Origin: an uncultured Bacteroidales bacterium
GTDB lineage: Bacteria; Bacteroidota; Bacteroidia; Bacteroidales; UBA932
Reading direction: 5' to 3'
Length of the DNA: 64,000 nt
Assembly: GCA_902491795.1 (NCBI GenBank)
Contig: CABUIX010000001.1
Location: forward strand, 24,054-88,053
The notes beneath the pieces were generated by a model. The model had not been told where the DNA came from, did not search any database, and was given only the letters and a program-made list of their open reading frames with translations. A program made the position numbers and the translations under genes. Shown here one piece after another: positions 1-8,939 of this stretch (position 1 is its first letter; every line of letters starts with the position of its first letter).

Positions 1-2219
1 CAGACGGTCTGCAAAGCGACGTGTTCAAGATATGGGCCTCAACAAAATTCCGGGACGGCAGCATGGCATTCGGAGGTCCTGAGGGATTCAACATATTTGA
101 CCCTGCCGGGATAAGCAGCAACAACATACCGCCCAAAACCATACTCACCGGTCTGGGAATCAACGGGAACGAGATTCATCCAGGCGACACCCTGAAGGGC
201 AAAGTGGTGCTGGACAGGCCGCTCAGGCACATGTCCGTGATCACCCTGCCGTATGACTGCAACAGCCTGACATTCAGGTTCGCCGCACTTCATTACGAGC
301 ACCCCGAGATGAACAGATACAAGTTCATGCTCGAAGGCGTCGACGACACATGGAGATATGCCGGACAGAGAGAACTGTCCTCAACCTACCTGAACCTGAA
401 GCCTGGAAAATATACCTTCTCGGTATTCGGATCCAACAGCGACGGCATCTGGAGCGAGGAGCCGGCCAGTCTGAAAGTTGCCATACGGCCTCCCCTGTGG
501 AAAAGCACAGGCGCATATATATTGTACTGCATAATTTTCATCGGACTTGTCTATCTGGTCAGGACATCCGTGGAAAGGCGGAACAGACAGCACTATCAGC
601 TGGAAATGGAGCACAAGCTGCGCCTTGAGGAAGAGCAGCGCAATGAGAACGAACTCAAGTTCCATACGGACTTCCTGCATGAGATCAAGACTCCGCTTAC
701 CCTGATCACGGCCCCGGTCAATGAGCTGCTTGACAATCCGAATCTGGGCAAGACCACCAGAGACAGGCTGCAGCTGGTAAAAAGAAGCACAATAATCCTC
801 CAGCGGCTGATTGACATGGTGACCGACCTGCGCAAATACGACAACAACCGCATCCATCTGCATGTTGTCGAAGTGGATTTCTGCCGCTTCGTGGAAGAGA
901 CCGTCATGCTTTTCGTCCCCTACATGAAAAGCAGGGGAATTTCATTCTCGCTGGACAAGCCCGAATCGCCTGTCATGGTGTATATCGACAAGGACCAGAT
1001 GGAAAAGGTGATAATGAACCTGATGTCAAATGCCATAAGGTATTCTCCGGAAAGTGGGGAAGGAAGAATAACGGTTTCAATAGAGAAAGACGATACCGCA
1101 GGATATCCCGGAGTGCTTCTTTCTGTCAGCAACACAGGCATAGGCATAATGCCGGAAGATCTCACGAGAATCTTCGAACGGTTCCACCAGGGAGCGAACA
1201 ACAACACCAGAAAAGGAATGGGAATCGGGCTTGCAATATCGAGGCACATCGTATCGGACCACGGAGGTGAAATATATGCCGAATCCGTACCCGGAAAGCA
1301 GACCGTGTTCCATGTACGGCTGCGTCTGGGAGATGCTCATTTCAGCGATGACGAAATAGACCGCAGCTACAGCAACAGCGACGACATCTCCAACTATGAC
1401 AAGCTTCCGGAAATCACCTCAGTCATGACCGAGGGGCAATGCTGCAGCGGCGGGAGGACCTATACGGCACTCATAGCGGACGACAGCACCGAACTGCGGA
1501 ATTATCTGAGGCAGCTGCTGTCCATGAAATACAATGTAATATGCGCTTCGGACGGCAGGGAAGGATATGAAAAGGCGATAGCTGACCAGCCGGACATAAT
1601 CATTTCAGACGTGATCATGCCTGAAATGGACGGACTTGAACTGTGCCAGCGCATAAAGAACAACCCTGACACCTCTCATATCCCCGTGATTCTCCTGTCC
1701 GCAAGGAACCTTCCGGTCGACAAGGTGGAAGGCTTTGAAGCCCTGGCGGACGATTACATGACAAAGCCGTTCCAGTCGGAAGTCCTTCTGTCAAGAATAG
1801 AGAATCTCATACGCCAGAGAGAAAGCATGAGAACTGCTTTCAGGAACAGCATAGCCATTGAGCCGTCGGCCGTTGTAGGCACGACTTCAGACGAGAGGTT
1901 CATGAAAACCGTCATATCGGCCATAGAGGACCACATGTCCGAACCCGAATTCGGAGTCGATGAACTGTGCAGGGAAATCGGGATTTCCAGACCTACCCTT
2001 TACAGAAAAATAAAATCTCTGACAGGATTGTCGGCAATAAGGTTTCTCAGAAGCATAAGGCTGAAGAGGGCCGCACAGATGCTTGACTCGGATCCGGGCC
2101 TTACCGTCTCGTCGGTAATGTATGCAACAGGTTTCAGCAACATGTCATACTTCTCGACAATCTTCTTTGAAGAATTCCACATTCTGCCTAAGGATTATCG
2201 CGACAGAAAAGACAAATAA
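1..2219 (+). CDS. Hybrid two-component system (HTCS) sensor histidine kinase/response regulator with AraC-type HTH; 5' end lies outside the window
   Basis: The frame is open from base 3 (DGLQSDVFKIW...), so the N-terminus is upstream. It has a TM segment (AYILYCIIFIGLVYLV), an H-box (HEIKTPLTLI), ATPase G-boxes (NTGIGI, GMGIGLAISRHIV), a receiver domain (LIADDSTELR...IISDVIMPEMDG...MTKP) and a C-terminal AraC HTH (ATGFSNMSYFSTIFFEEFHILPKDYR). Confidence 0.9.
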   Translation, partial: DGLQSDVFKIWASTKFRDGSMAFGGPEGFNIFDPAGISSNNIPPKTILTGLGINGNEIHPGDTLKGKVVLDRPLRHMSVITLPYDCNSLTFRFAALHYEHPEMNRYKFMLEGVDDTWRYAGQRELSSTYLNLKPGKYTFSVFGSNSDGIWSEEPASLKVAIRPPLWKSTGAYILYCIIFIGLVYLVRTSVERRNRQHYQLEMEHKLRLEEEQRNENELKFHTDFLHEIKTPLTLITAPVNELLDNPNLGKTTRDRLQLVKRSTIILQRLIDMVTDLRKYDNNRIHLHVVEVDFCRFVEETVMLFVPYMKSRGISFSLDKPESPVMVYIDKDQMEKVIMNLMSNAIRYSPESGEGRITVSIEKDDTAGYPGVLLSVSNTGIGIMPEDLTRIFERFHQGANNNTRKGMGIGLAISRHIVSDHGGEIYAESVPGKQTVFHVRLRLGDAHFSDDEIDRSYSNSDDISNYDKLPEITSVMTEGQCCSGGRTYTALIADDSTELRNYLRQLLSMKYNVICASDGREGYEKAIADQPDIIISDVIMPEMDGLELCQRIKNNPDTSHIPVILLSARNLPVDKVEGFEALADDYMTKPFQSEVLLSRIENLIRQRESMRTAFRNSIAIEPSAVVGTTSDERFMKTVISAIEDHMSEPEFGVDELCREIGISRPTLYRKIKSLTGLSAIRFLRSIRLKRAAQMLDSDPGLTVSSVMYATGFSNMSYFSTIFFEEFHILPKDYRDRKDK

Positions 2220-2245
2220 AAATGCCATCAGCCCGTCTGAAAGGT

Positions 2246-2282
2246 GCTTTTTCGCAAATACAGAAAAATCTGAACGATTTGT
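2246..2282 (+). promoter_or_regulatory. Conserved upstream element, copy A (candidate activator/HTCS operator) ahead of the first PUL operon
   Basis: gctttttcgcaaatACAGAAAAATCTGAACGATTTGT. The 23-nt core matches 8833-8855 at 22/23 positions. It ends 26 nt before the -7 box at 2309 and contains the inverted repeat AAATC-N5-GATTT. Confidence 0.55.
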
Positions 2283-2308
2283 GACAGCCGATGAAGGCTT
2301 TCGCCGGC

Positions 2309-2316
2309 TATATTTG
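2309..2316 (+). promoter_or_regulatory. Bacteroidetes-type -7 promoter box (TAnnTTTG)
   Basis: TATATTTG is an exact match to the TAnnTTTG consensus, 27 nt upstream of the ATG at 2343. Confidence 0.5.
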
Positions 2317-2342
2317 TCCTATATCAGCAACACTGAAACTAC

Positions 2343-4217
2343 ATGTACCTGACCACAGCCCTCTCCAGGATTCCGGCTGCACTTGCAGCCGCTCTTGTCA
2401 TTCTCTGCACCGCATCATGCGGCAACGGCACGGTGACAATAAACGCGGACCCGACAATTGAAGACTATACGCCGATTTTGCGAAATGTCCTCGAAAGTCA
2501 TCCGCGCGGAAACGTCACGATACGGTTCTCTCCCGGCACCTTCACTTTCTACCCCGAAAAGGCATCCGGAGAATATCTGACCGTCTCAAACAACGACAAC
2601 GGGATGAAGAAGATCATCTTCAGCATCCGCGGCATGAAGAATGTGTCCATCGAGGGAGATTCATCAGATTTTGTTTTCTGCGGGGCAGTCATTCCGTTTT
2701 CAGTGCAGGGCAGCAGCAACATCCGGCTGTCAGGCTTCTCAATAGACTATGATGCCCCGTTCACGCTGGAAGGCACTGTAACCGAAACTGATCCTGAAGC
2801 CGGAACTTTCACCCTCAGAATCGATCCGGCCAACAAGTATCATATCCTGGACGGACAGTTCCGTTTTCAGGGTTATGACTGGGAATCCCGTCTAGGGGAG
2901 AACATTGTGTTTGATCCCCGGACCAAGTCCCCGTACTACAATTCTTCGGCATTCCAGCACTGGTCACTGCATCAGTTCTCGGCTGAAGAGGTCGGAGAAA
3001 ACCTGGTAAGGTTCGGGAACGTATATGCAAGAGAACTGCCTCCCGTGGGCAGCATATGGGTGGACAAGGGCATGCATCAGCAGGAAAGATACTGTTCAGC
3101 AATAGTCCTGAGCGACAGCAGGGACATAACCGTGGAGAATGTCCATATCTATCACAGCGGAGCGATGGCACTGATTGCCCAGTACTGCGAAAATGTCACT
3201 GTGCGCGGATACAGCACCGCTAGACGTGAAGGATCGTCGAGGATAGTTACGGCGTCGGCTGACGCGACCCATTTCGTCGACTGCAAAGGCAAGATTCTTC
3301 TGGAAAACTGCACTTTCGAAAGCATGCTTGATGACGCGGTCAACATCCACGGCACATATATGCAGGTAAGGCAAATCATTTCCGGGAATGAGTTCGCCGC
3401 ATCTTTCGGGCACAGGCAGCAGCAAGGAAACCATTTTGCCGACAGGGGCTGCAGGATACGCTTTGTCGACAGGACCACCATGAAGCCTGTCGGTACCGGC
3501 AGAGTGCAGTCTGTACGCAGAGTCAACGAGAACTGGTACGTTTTCCGCACCGACTTTCCTCTTGAGTCACTGGGAGACCCTGAAAACTATGCGGTCGAGA
3601 ACATATCGAGAGGCGCATCCGCCGTCATCAGGAACTGCACCGTCAGATACAACAGGGCCAGGAGCCTGCTTCTCTCCACACCGGGAAAGGTGCTGGTGGA
3701 AAATTGCGACTTCGCATCGATGATGGCCGGAATCGTAATCTGCGGGGACGCGAACTATTGGTACGAATCAGGAAACACCAAAGACATTACGATCAGGAAC
3801 AACAGGTTCAGGGATCTCGCGACAGGAGGGAACTCTCCCCAGGCCGTACTGCAGATTGACCCTATGATAAGCAGTGAAGGAAGATCCGGAGATTTCTTCT
3901 ACCACGGAAAAATATCCTTCACGGACAACGTTGTCGAGACATTCGATTCGCAGATCATATACGCACTCAGCGTCGAGGACCTCGAGATCAGGGGCAACGT
4001 CTTCAAGGAATCCGGGACATACCAGCCCCTGTTCCCCGACCTCGCGGCGATTGATGTTCTGAACTGCGGCAAAGTGACCATTCGTGACAATGACTTCTCA
4101 GGATGGAAAAAGGACGCTTACATAAGCGTACACGACTGCACAGAAACAGACATCAAGGCCGACGGACTGAAGATCAAAGACAAGCCAAATCCCCATTTTT
4201 ATGGTAACGGACAATAA
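2343..4217 (+). CDS. Lipoprotein, right-handed parallel beta-helix glycosidase, GH110-like (alpha-1,3-galactosidase family candidate)
   Basis: Signal peptide plus lipobox (LCTASC). Periodic beta-helix turns (NVSIEG, NIRLSG, ITVENVHIYHSG, IRNCTVRYNRA, VENCDFASMMAG, IRNNRF, IRGNVF, IRDNDF). The acidic pair in ESMLDDAVNIHGTYM and a beta-barrel-like insert (TLEGTVTETDP...FRFQGYDWE) resemble my memory of GH110. It is a paralog of 16147-18006. Confidence 0.55.
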   Translation: MYLTTALSRIPAALAAALVILCTASCGNGTVTINADPTIEDYTPILRNVLESHPRGNVTIRFSPGTFTFYPEKASGEYLTVSNNDNGMKKIIFSIRGMKNVSIEGDSSDFVFCGAVIPFSVQGSSNIRLSGFSIDYDAPFTLEGTVTETDPEAGTFTLRIDPANKYHILDGQFRFQGYDWESRLGENIVFDPRTKSPYYNSSAFQHWSLHQFSAEEVGENLVRFGNVYARELPPVGSIWVDKGMHQQERYCSAIVLSDSRDITVENVHIYHSGAMALIAQYCENVTVRGYSTARREGSSRIVTASADATHFVDCKGKILLENCTFESMLDDAVNIHGTYMQVRQIISGNEFAASFGHRQQQGNHFADRGCRIRFVDRTTMKPVGTGRVQSVRRVNENWYVFRTDFPLESLGDPENYAVENISRGASAVIRNCTVRYNRARSLLLSTPGKVLVENCDFASMMAGIVICGDANYWYESGNTKDITIRNNRFRDLATGGNSPQAVLQIDPMISSEGRSGDFFYHGKISFTDNVVETFDSQIIYALSVEDLEIRGNVFKESGTYQPLFPDLAAIDVLNCGKVTIRDNDFSGWKKDAYISVHDCTETDIKADGLKIKDKPNPHFYGNGQ

Positions 4218-7200
4218 AAGCATACTGACAGGGCTGATGGTCCCTGTACTCTGCACCCTGTTCCTTTCAGGCTGCGGAAAAGGCGGCAGCCTGCCCAGGG
4301 AGGAAGGGTCGGAAAAGATGAAGTCGGCCATCGCCGGATATGTCGCCGAGGCTGCCCAAAAAGGTGTGGACATAAACTCAATAATGGTAATCCAGGACGG
4401 TAAAGTGACCGGCGAGGCCTATGTCAACGGATGGACGGCCGAGGATCCGCACCGCATGTGGTCCACAAGCAAGACGTTCACCTCCTTCGCAGTCGGGTTT
4501 GCAGTTCAGGAGGGGAAGCTGTCACTTGACGACAAGATGGCAGAGATATTCCCCGAAGAAGCCGGAGCCGTCCTTGACACGCTCACGGACGAGAACCTGA
4601 GGGCAAATCTTCTTGATGCCGACATCAGGGACTACCTTGTGATGGCATGCGGACAGAAGACGGACGCCGTCAACGTCCTGGGTGCAAGATATGCGGAAGA
4701 AGGTCTGCAGGACATCGACAGTCTGGATTCGTTCCTGAAAGATCACGGAAGGAATCTGATCGCGGATTTCTTCTCATTGCCCTTCGAGGAAAAGCCAGGG
4801 ACATTCAACTGCTACAACAGCCTTGCGACATACATGCTGTCAGCTGCAGTACAGAAAGTCACCGGAGAAAAAATCGTTGATTATCTGTATCCGAGACTTT
4901 TCAGGCCCCTGGGAATGGAAAAGCCCCGATGGGATGAAGTCCAGGGCATCTGCTGCGGCGGATGGGGACTGTGGCTGAAACCCGAGGACATGGCAAAAAC
5001 GGGCATCATGATGCTCGGAAAAGGGAAATATCAGGGACATCAGACAGTTCCCGAAGAGTACCTTGCCGAAGCCTCCAAAAGCTTTTTCAGCTGGAACCTG
5101 CCGGACACATGCAGGACAATGGAAGACAGATACCGCGCCACCGGCTACGGCTATCAGATCTGGCAGAATCCCGATTCATTCTATGCCGCCGGAATGTGGG
5201 GACAGTTCATATATGTTTTTCCTGAACTGAACGCCGTGATCGCCGCCACTGCCGAAGTGATGGATGACGACAGCAAGGAGTCAGCCCTGATATGGAAACA
5301 TATTGTCCCTGTACTAAGGGAAGAGGCCTCCCCTGCCCCGGACGGAGGGCCCGGACAGCCGGATTCCAGATGGAAGACAAACGGTGACCACAGCATTGTG
5401 TGGGAGGTGAAATCAGGGGATCCGGCTCACTATGACCACATCGAAATGAGCGGTGAAAGGATTTCCGCCATTTATGAATACGGAGTCGATCCTTGCGGAG
5501 CATTCGTGCTGAAGCGCAACGTGATCTGGCCGCTGCTCAGGAAATATCCCAATGACACTTACGGCCACACGTCAATGCAGTTCGCGCAGGATTTCCTTGA
5601 CGGGGTCACGGCCGACGGAAAAGGCATTGTCGGCGGACAGACTGAAAAGATAGTGCTGGACGGAAAACTCACTGCCGTGAGCACCGGCGGGAAACTCAAG
5701 ATAACCCGCTGCTTCTTCCCTTCAACTGAAAAGGCTGCGGTATGCGAGGAATACTCCATAACGAACCTCTCTTCCGACAGCGTAAGCATAGTTGTGCCCG
5801 CCCGCAGATATGAATTCATTACAGACCGGGCTACGGGAGTGGACGGAGAATATCACCTTGTGGCGAGGACATCGCATTCCTCCGACATCAGGAAGGTGCT
5901 GGCTCCCTCCGAATCAATGAGATTCGGGGCGGAAGTGCTCGGATACAAATATCCGGAGACAGAAGAATACATCAATGTCCCTCTCGAGAAGTCGCTCAGG
6001 GAAGCCTTCGTGGAGGAGGTGTGTGACAAACTTGTGCTCTCCACCCCTGATCCGGTACTGAACACGATGTTCGCCTTTGCCAAGATAAGAGGCTCGGAGA
6101 GTCTTTTCCGGACGAAAGGCGGTCTTACCCACAGTCCCGGAGGCGGATATTATTATTCAGCCATCTGGGCCAACGACCAGGCAGAATACATATGTCCCTT
6201 CTTCCCGTTCCTCGGGTATGACAAAGGAAACGAGGCGGCAATGAACGCCTTCCTTCATTTTGCGGAATTCATGAACGACGGATTTGAGCCGCTGCCCAGT
6301 TCCGTAATTGCCGAATTCACGGATATCTGGAACGGCTGCGGCGACCGCGGGGACGCGGCGATGATTGCCTATGGGGCTGGCAGATTCGCACTCGCCTATG
6401 GAGATGAAGCAGCAGCCCAAAGACTATGGCCGCTGATAAAATGGTGTCTGGAGTACTGCAGGCGCAACCTTACGGAAGACGGAGTGGTCGCGTCAGACAC
6501 GGATGAACTCGAAAACCGTTTTCCTTCTGGCGAGGCCAACCTGTGCACCTCTTGCCTTTACTATGATGCCCTGATGTCGGCATCACGTCTCGCGGACATT
6601 GCAGGGGAGGACAATGATTATCTCCAGCAGGCCAGGCAGATGAAGACAGCGATAGAGAACTACTTCGGAGCCGACATGAAAGGTTTCAGGACCTACAGAT
6701 ATTATGACGGCAACACCCTCCTGCGTTCTTGGATATGCATACCTCTGACCATGGGCATTCTTGACCGGAAGGACGGAACAGCTGATGCCCTGCTCTCGGA
6801 TTATCTTTGGACCGGAAACGGAATACTTACCCAGGAAGGCTCCTCGGTCTTCTGGGACAGGGCGACCCTATATGCCCTCAGGGGCATATTTGCAGCAGGC
6901 AGGACGGAAGAAGCCCTTTCTCATCTGAAGCAATATTCTTCGCGCAGGCTGCTCGGTGAACATGTTCCGTATGCCGTGGAAGCATGGCCGGAGAACGACC
7001 AGAGGCACCTTTCGGCAGAAAGCGGGCTTTACTGCAGAGTGTACACGGAAGGCCTGTTCGGGTTCAGGCCGACAGGTTTCAGAAGTTTTGAGATCACTCC
7101 GCACCTTCCGGACGAATGGGACTCAATGGCCCTGCGCAACGTGCATGCATGCAGCAACTTCCCCTATGACATCATTGTAGAGAGAGCCTCCAGAGGCCGT

Positions 7201-7323
7201 GTCACGGTGACCGTCACCGGAGCAAACGGAAAAATATTCTCGGAAAAAGCCGGCAACGGGCAGACTCTGAAGGTAGTGCTGCAGCCGGAACACAAAAGTA
7301 CACAACGACATGACAATGAATAA
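4201..7323 (+). CDS. Lipoprotein fusion: N-terminal beta-lactamase-fold serine hydrolase plus C-terminal (alpha/alpha)6 six-hairpin glycosidase-like region with flanking beta-sandwiches
   Basis: Lipobox LFLSGC. SxxK motif STSK at 4462-4473 with a downstream YNS. Pro/Gly linker EEASPAPDGGPGQPDS at about 5320-5370. The C-terminal half has helical-repeat signatures (WANDQAEY..., RLWPLIKWCLEYC, LYYDALMSASRLA, EAWPEN...GLYCRVYTEGLFGFRPTGF..FEITPHLPDEW) typical of six-hairpin GH folds (GH78/GH63/GDE-like). It overlaps the upstream stop by 17 nt. Confidence 0.6.
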   Translation: MVTDNKSILTGLMVPVLCTLFLSGCGKGGSLPREEGSEKMKSAIAGYVAEAAQKGVDINSIMVIQDGKVTGEAYVNGWTAEDPHRMWSTSKTFTSFAVGFAVQEGKLSLDDKMAEIFPEEAGAVLDTLTDENLRANLLDADIRDYLVMACGQKTDAVNVLGARYAEEGLQDIDSLDSFLKDHGRNLIADFFSLPFEEKPGTFNCYNSLATYMLSAAVQKVTGEKIVDYLYPRLFRPLGMEKPRWDEVQGICCGGWGLWLKPEDMAKTGIMMLGKGKYQGHQTVPEEYLAEASKSFFSWNLPDTCRTMEDRYRATGYGYQIWQNPDSFYAAGMWGQFIYVFPELNAVIAATAEVMDDDSKESALIWKHIVPVLREEASPAPDGGPGQPDSRWKTNGDHSIVWEVKSGDPAHYDHIEMSGERISAIYEYGVDPCGAFVLKRNVIWPLLRKYPNDTYGHTSMQFAQDFLDGVTADGKGIVGGQTEKIVLDGKLTAVSTGGKLKITRCFFPSTEKAAVCEEYSITNLSSDSVSIVVPARRYEFITDRATGVDGEYHLVARTSHSSDIRKVLAPSESMRFGAEVLGYKYPETEEYINVPLEKSLREAFVEEVCDKLVLSTPDPVLNTMFAFAKIRGSESLFRTKGGLTHSPGGGYYYSAIWANDQAEYICPFFPFLGYDKGNEAAMNAFLHFAEFMNDGFEPLPSSVIAEFTDIWNGCGDRGDAAMIAYGAGRFALAYGDEAAAQRLWPLIKWCLEYCRRNLTEDGVVASDTDELENRFPSGEANLCTSCLYYDALMSASRLADIAGEDNDYLQQARQMKTAIENYFGADMKGFRTYRYYDGNTLLRSWICIPLTMGILDRKDGTADALLSDYLWTGNGILTQEGSSVFWDRATLYALRGIFAAGRTEEALSHLKQYSSRRLLGEHVPYAVEAWPENDQRHLSAESGLYCRVYTEGLFGFRPTGFRSFEITPHLPDEWDSMALRNVHACSNFPYDIIVERASRGRVTVTVTGANGKIFSEKAGNGQTLKVVLQPEHKSTQRHDNE

Positions 7324-8797
7324 CATTTACAAAATGACGGCAGTCGCTGCCATCCTGATGCTCCTTGCCTGCCAGAAGGAAAGGAATAACGGTCCATCAA
7401 CGCCTGAGATCTTCGACGTGAGTCCATACGCCGAACAGGGGTGGGACATCTACACCGGAACGGGATACCGGTACGGAGCTTCCATAATCGTCAATGATGA
7501 CGGTTCCGCGGACCTTTGGCTTGCCGCCACTGGCGGGACCTTCGGAGAAGGTGCAAAGACATATTTGTCCGACGAACAGGAAGCGCAACCTCTGGGCACA
7601 GAGAGGACACTCGCGCAGTATTTTGAATTCCAGGAAGAATTTGCATGCGTTGGACTCTATTGCCCGTCATGGAACAGCAGCAAGGAAGGATTCACGCTGT
7701 CGCTGTACAGCTGGGCCGGCAGTTACGATGCAACCGTCTCAGGACAGCCCCTCGCGAAGACAAGGTTTGACAACTACGCCGACAATTCCTGGCTCAAGAT
7801 ATATCCCGGAGAGAATGCAGACGGAGCAGAGAAATTCCTTCCCGGAAAATACCTGTGGGTCATGTCCGAAGGGACAGCGAATTCGGGAATATGGAAATGC
7901 ATAACCCCTGGCTCGCCGGAACAGACAAAAGCGGAATCATACATTGACGGAGAGAAAACCGAAGGCCAGTTCATCAGCATGATATACACGGTTGACGGCT
8001 CTTCGGATGTGTATTGGGACAAAATCGTCTATATGCACTCCGGCGACGGAGGGAAGACCTGGTCGGAAGAAGTGACCGCTCTGCTGCCCACCGAAGGCAG
8101 CAGGGATGCACTCTCATGCTGCGACCCGGGAGTGGCATACTGGAACGGGTATTATTATCTTGGCTATACGTCAACGGAAAACAAGTCCGGAAAATGCAAT
8201 CACGTGTATATGGCCAGGAGCAAGGAGCCTTCAGGCCCATGGGAGAAATGGAACGGGAAAGGCTGGGGAGGAAACGACCCGCAGCCTGCAGTGACCTTTG
8301 ACGGTGCCCCCAGCGGATTCGGGGCCGGAGAACCTTGCATCGTGGTAAAAGACGGGACCGTATATCTCTACTATTCATGGAACGACTGGAACACGACCAC
8401 GACAAGACTCTCGACGGCTCCAGCCTCAGACGAAAACTGGCCTGCAGCGCTAAAAGACCAAGGCACGGTAATAGACAAAACCGGAATGGACAGTCCTGAC
8501 CATTCCGACATCAAATATGTGGAACGCAGCGGAAAATTCATTGCCTTACATGCGGTGGAAAGGGACACTGACAACAGTTACCTGCAGCTGTGGGAATCAG
8601 AAGACGGCATTCTGTTCACTGAGTGCGGGAAAGTCGAAGGAGAACTGCGCAGCGGAATCATCAATGCCGGAATGAGCGGAGACAGGGAAGGCCACGTCAA
8701 GCCCGACACAATCCAGTATCTTTGCTATGCTCACAGCGATGCTCCCAGGACATGGGGCCATTGGGCGACATGGTGGTCTCCACTGACCTGGAAATGA
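7310..8797 (+). CDS. Lipoprotein, Asp-box (BNR)-containing beta-propeller protein, putative glycosidase of unassigned family
   Basis: Lipobox MLLAC. Asp-box SGDGGKTWS (about 8038-8064). Blade-like repeats (YWNGYYYLGY, VYMARSKEPSGPWEKWNG, VYLYYSWND). It shares the PG(P/T)W(E/K)KW(N/D)G motif with 15017-16150. Confidence 0.4.
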   Translation: MTMNNIYKMTAVAAILMLLACQKERNNGPSTPEIFDVSPYAEQGWDIYTGTGYRYGASIIVNDDGSADLWLAATGGTFGEGAKTYLSDEQEAQPLGTERTLAQYFEFQEEFACVGLYCPSWNSSKEGFTLSLYSWAGSYDATVSGQPLAKTRFDNYADNSWLKIYPGENADGAEKFLPGKYLWVMSEGTANSGIWKCITPGSPEQTKAESYIDGEKTEGQFISMIYTVDGSSDVYWDKIVYMHSGDGGKTWSEEVTALLPTEGSRDALSCCDPGVAYWNGYYYLGYTSTENKSGKCNHVYMARSKEPSGPWEKWNGKGWGGNDPQPAVTFDGAPSGFGAGEPCIVVKDGTVYLYYSWNDWNTTTTRLSTAPASDENWPAALKDQGTVIDKTGMDSPDHSDIKYVERSGKFIALHAVERDTDNSYLQLWESEDGILFTECGKVEGELRSGIINAGMSGDREGHVKPDTIQYLCYAHSDAPRTWGHWATWWSPLTWK

Positions 8798-8818
8798 CTC
8801 TCCTTGCGCCAGACAAGC

Positions 8819-8855
8819 GCTTTTTTGTGAAAACAGAAAAAACTGAACGATTTGT
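8819..8855 (+). promoter_or_regulatory. Conserved upstream element, copy B, ahead of the SGBP-susC-susD operon
   Basis: gcttttttgtgaaaACAGAAAAAACTGAACGATTTGT. It ends 25 nt before a near-consensus -7 box, TACTATTG (8881-8888). This is the same geometry as copy A. Confidence 0.55.
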
Positions 8856-8939
8856 AAACTTGCGGAACGCGCTTTCTGGCTACTATTGCAACGTATTGCG
8901 AATGCAACAAAGAACCAATAACTAATAACACTTCATTTC

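Noticed and set aside
2122-2352. Similar peptides FFANTEKSERFV (ORF 2122-2352) and FFVKTEKTERFV (ORF 8623-8925) across the two conserved intergenic elements, considered as a possible small conserved protein
   Set aside because: Neither has a start codon near the conserved stretch. Both ORFs begin inside the upstream genes in an alternative frame, and similarity ends right after the DNA element. The resemblance is a by-product of nucleotide conservation, so I interpret it as regulatory DNA.
3700-3820. Stretch of high nucleotide similarity between the two GH110-like genes (compare 17497-17620, including the identical TGCGGGGACGCGAACTA), considered as evidence of recent duplication or gene conversion
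   Set aside because: Elsewhere the two genes are clearly diverged at both DNA and protein level. The similar stretch coincides with the most conserved beta-helix turns, so purifying selection explains it. No alignment statistics were computed.
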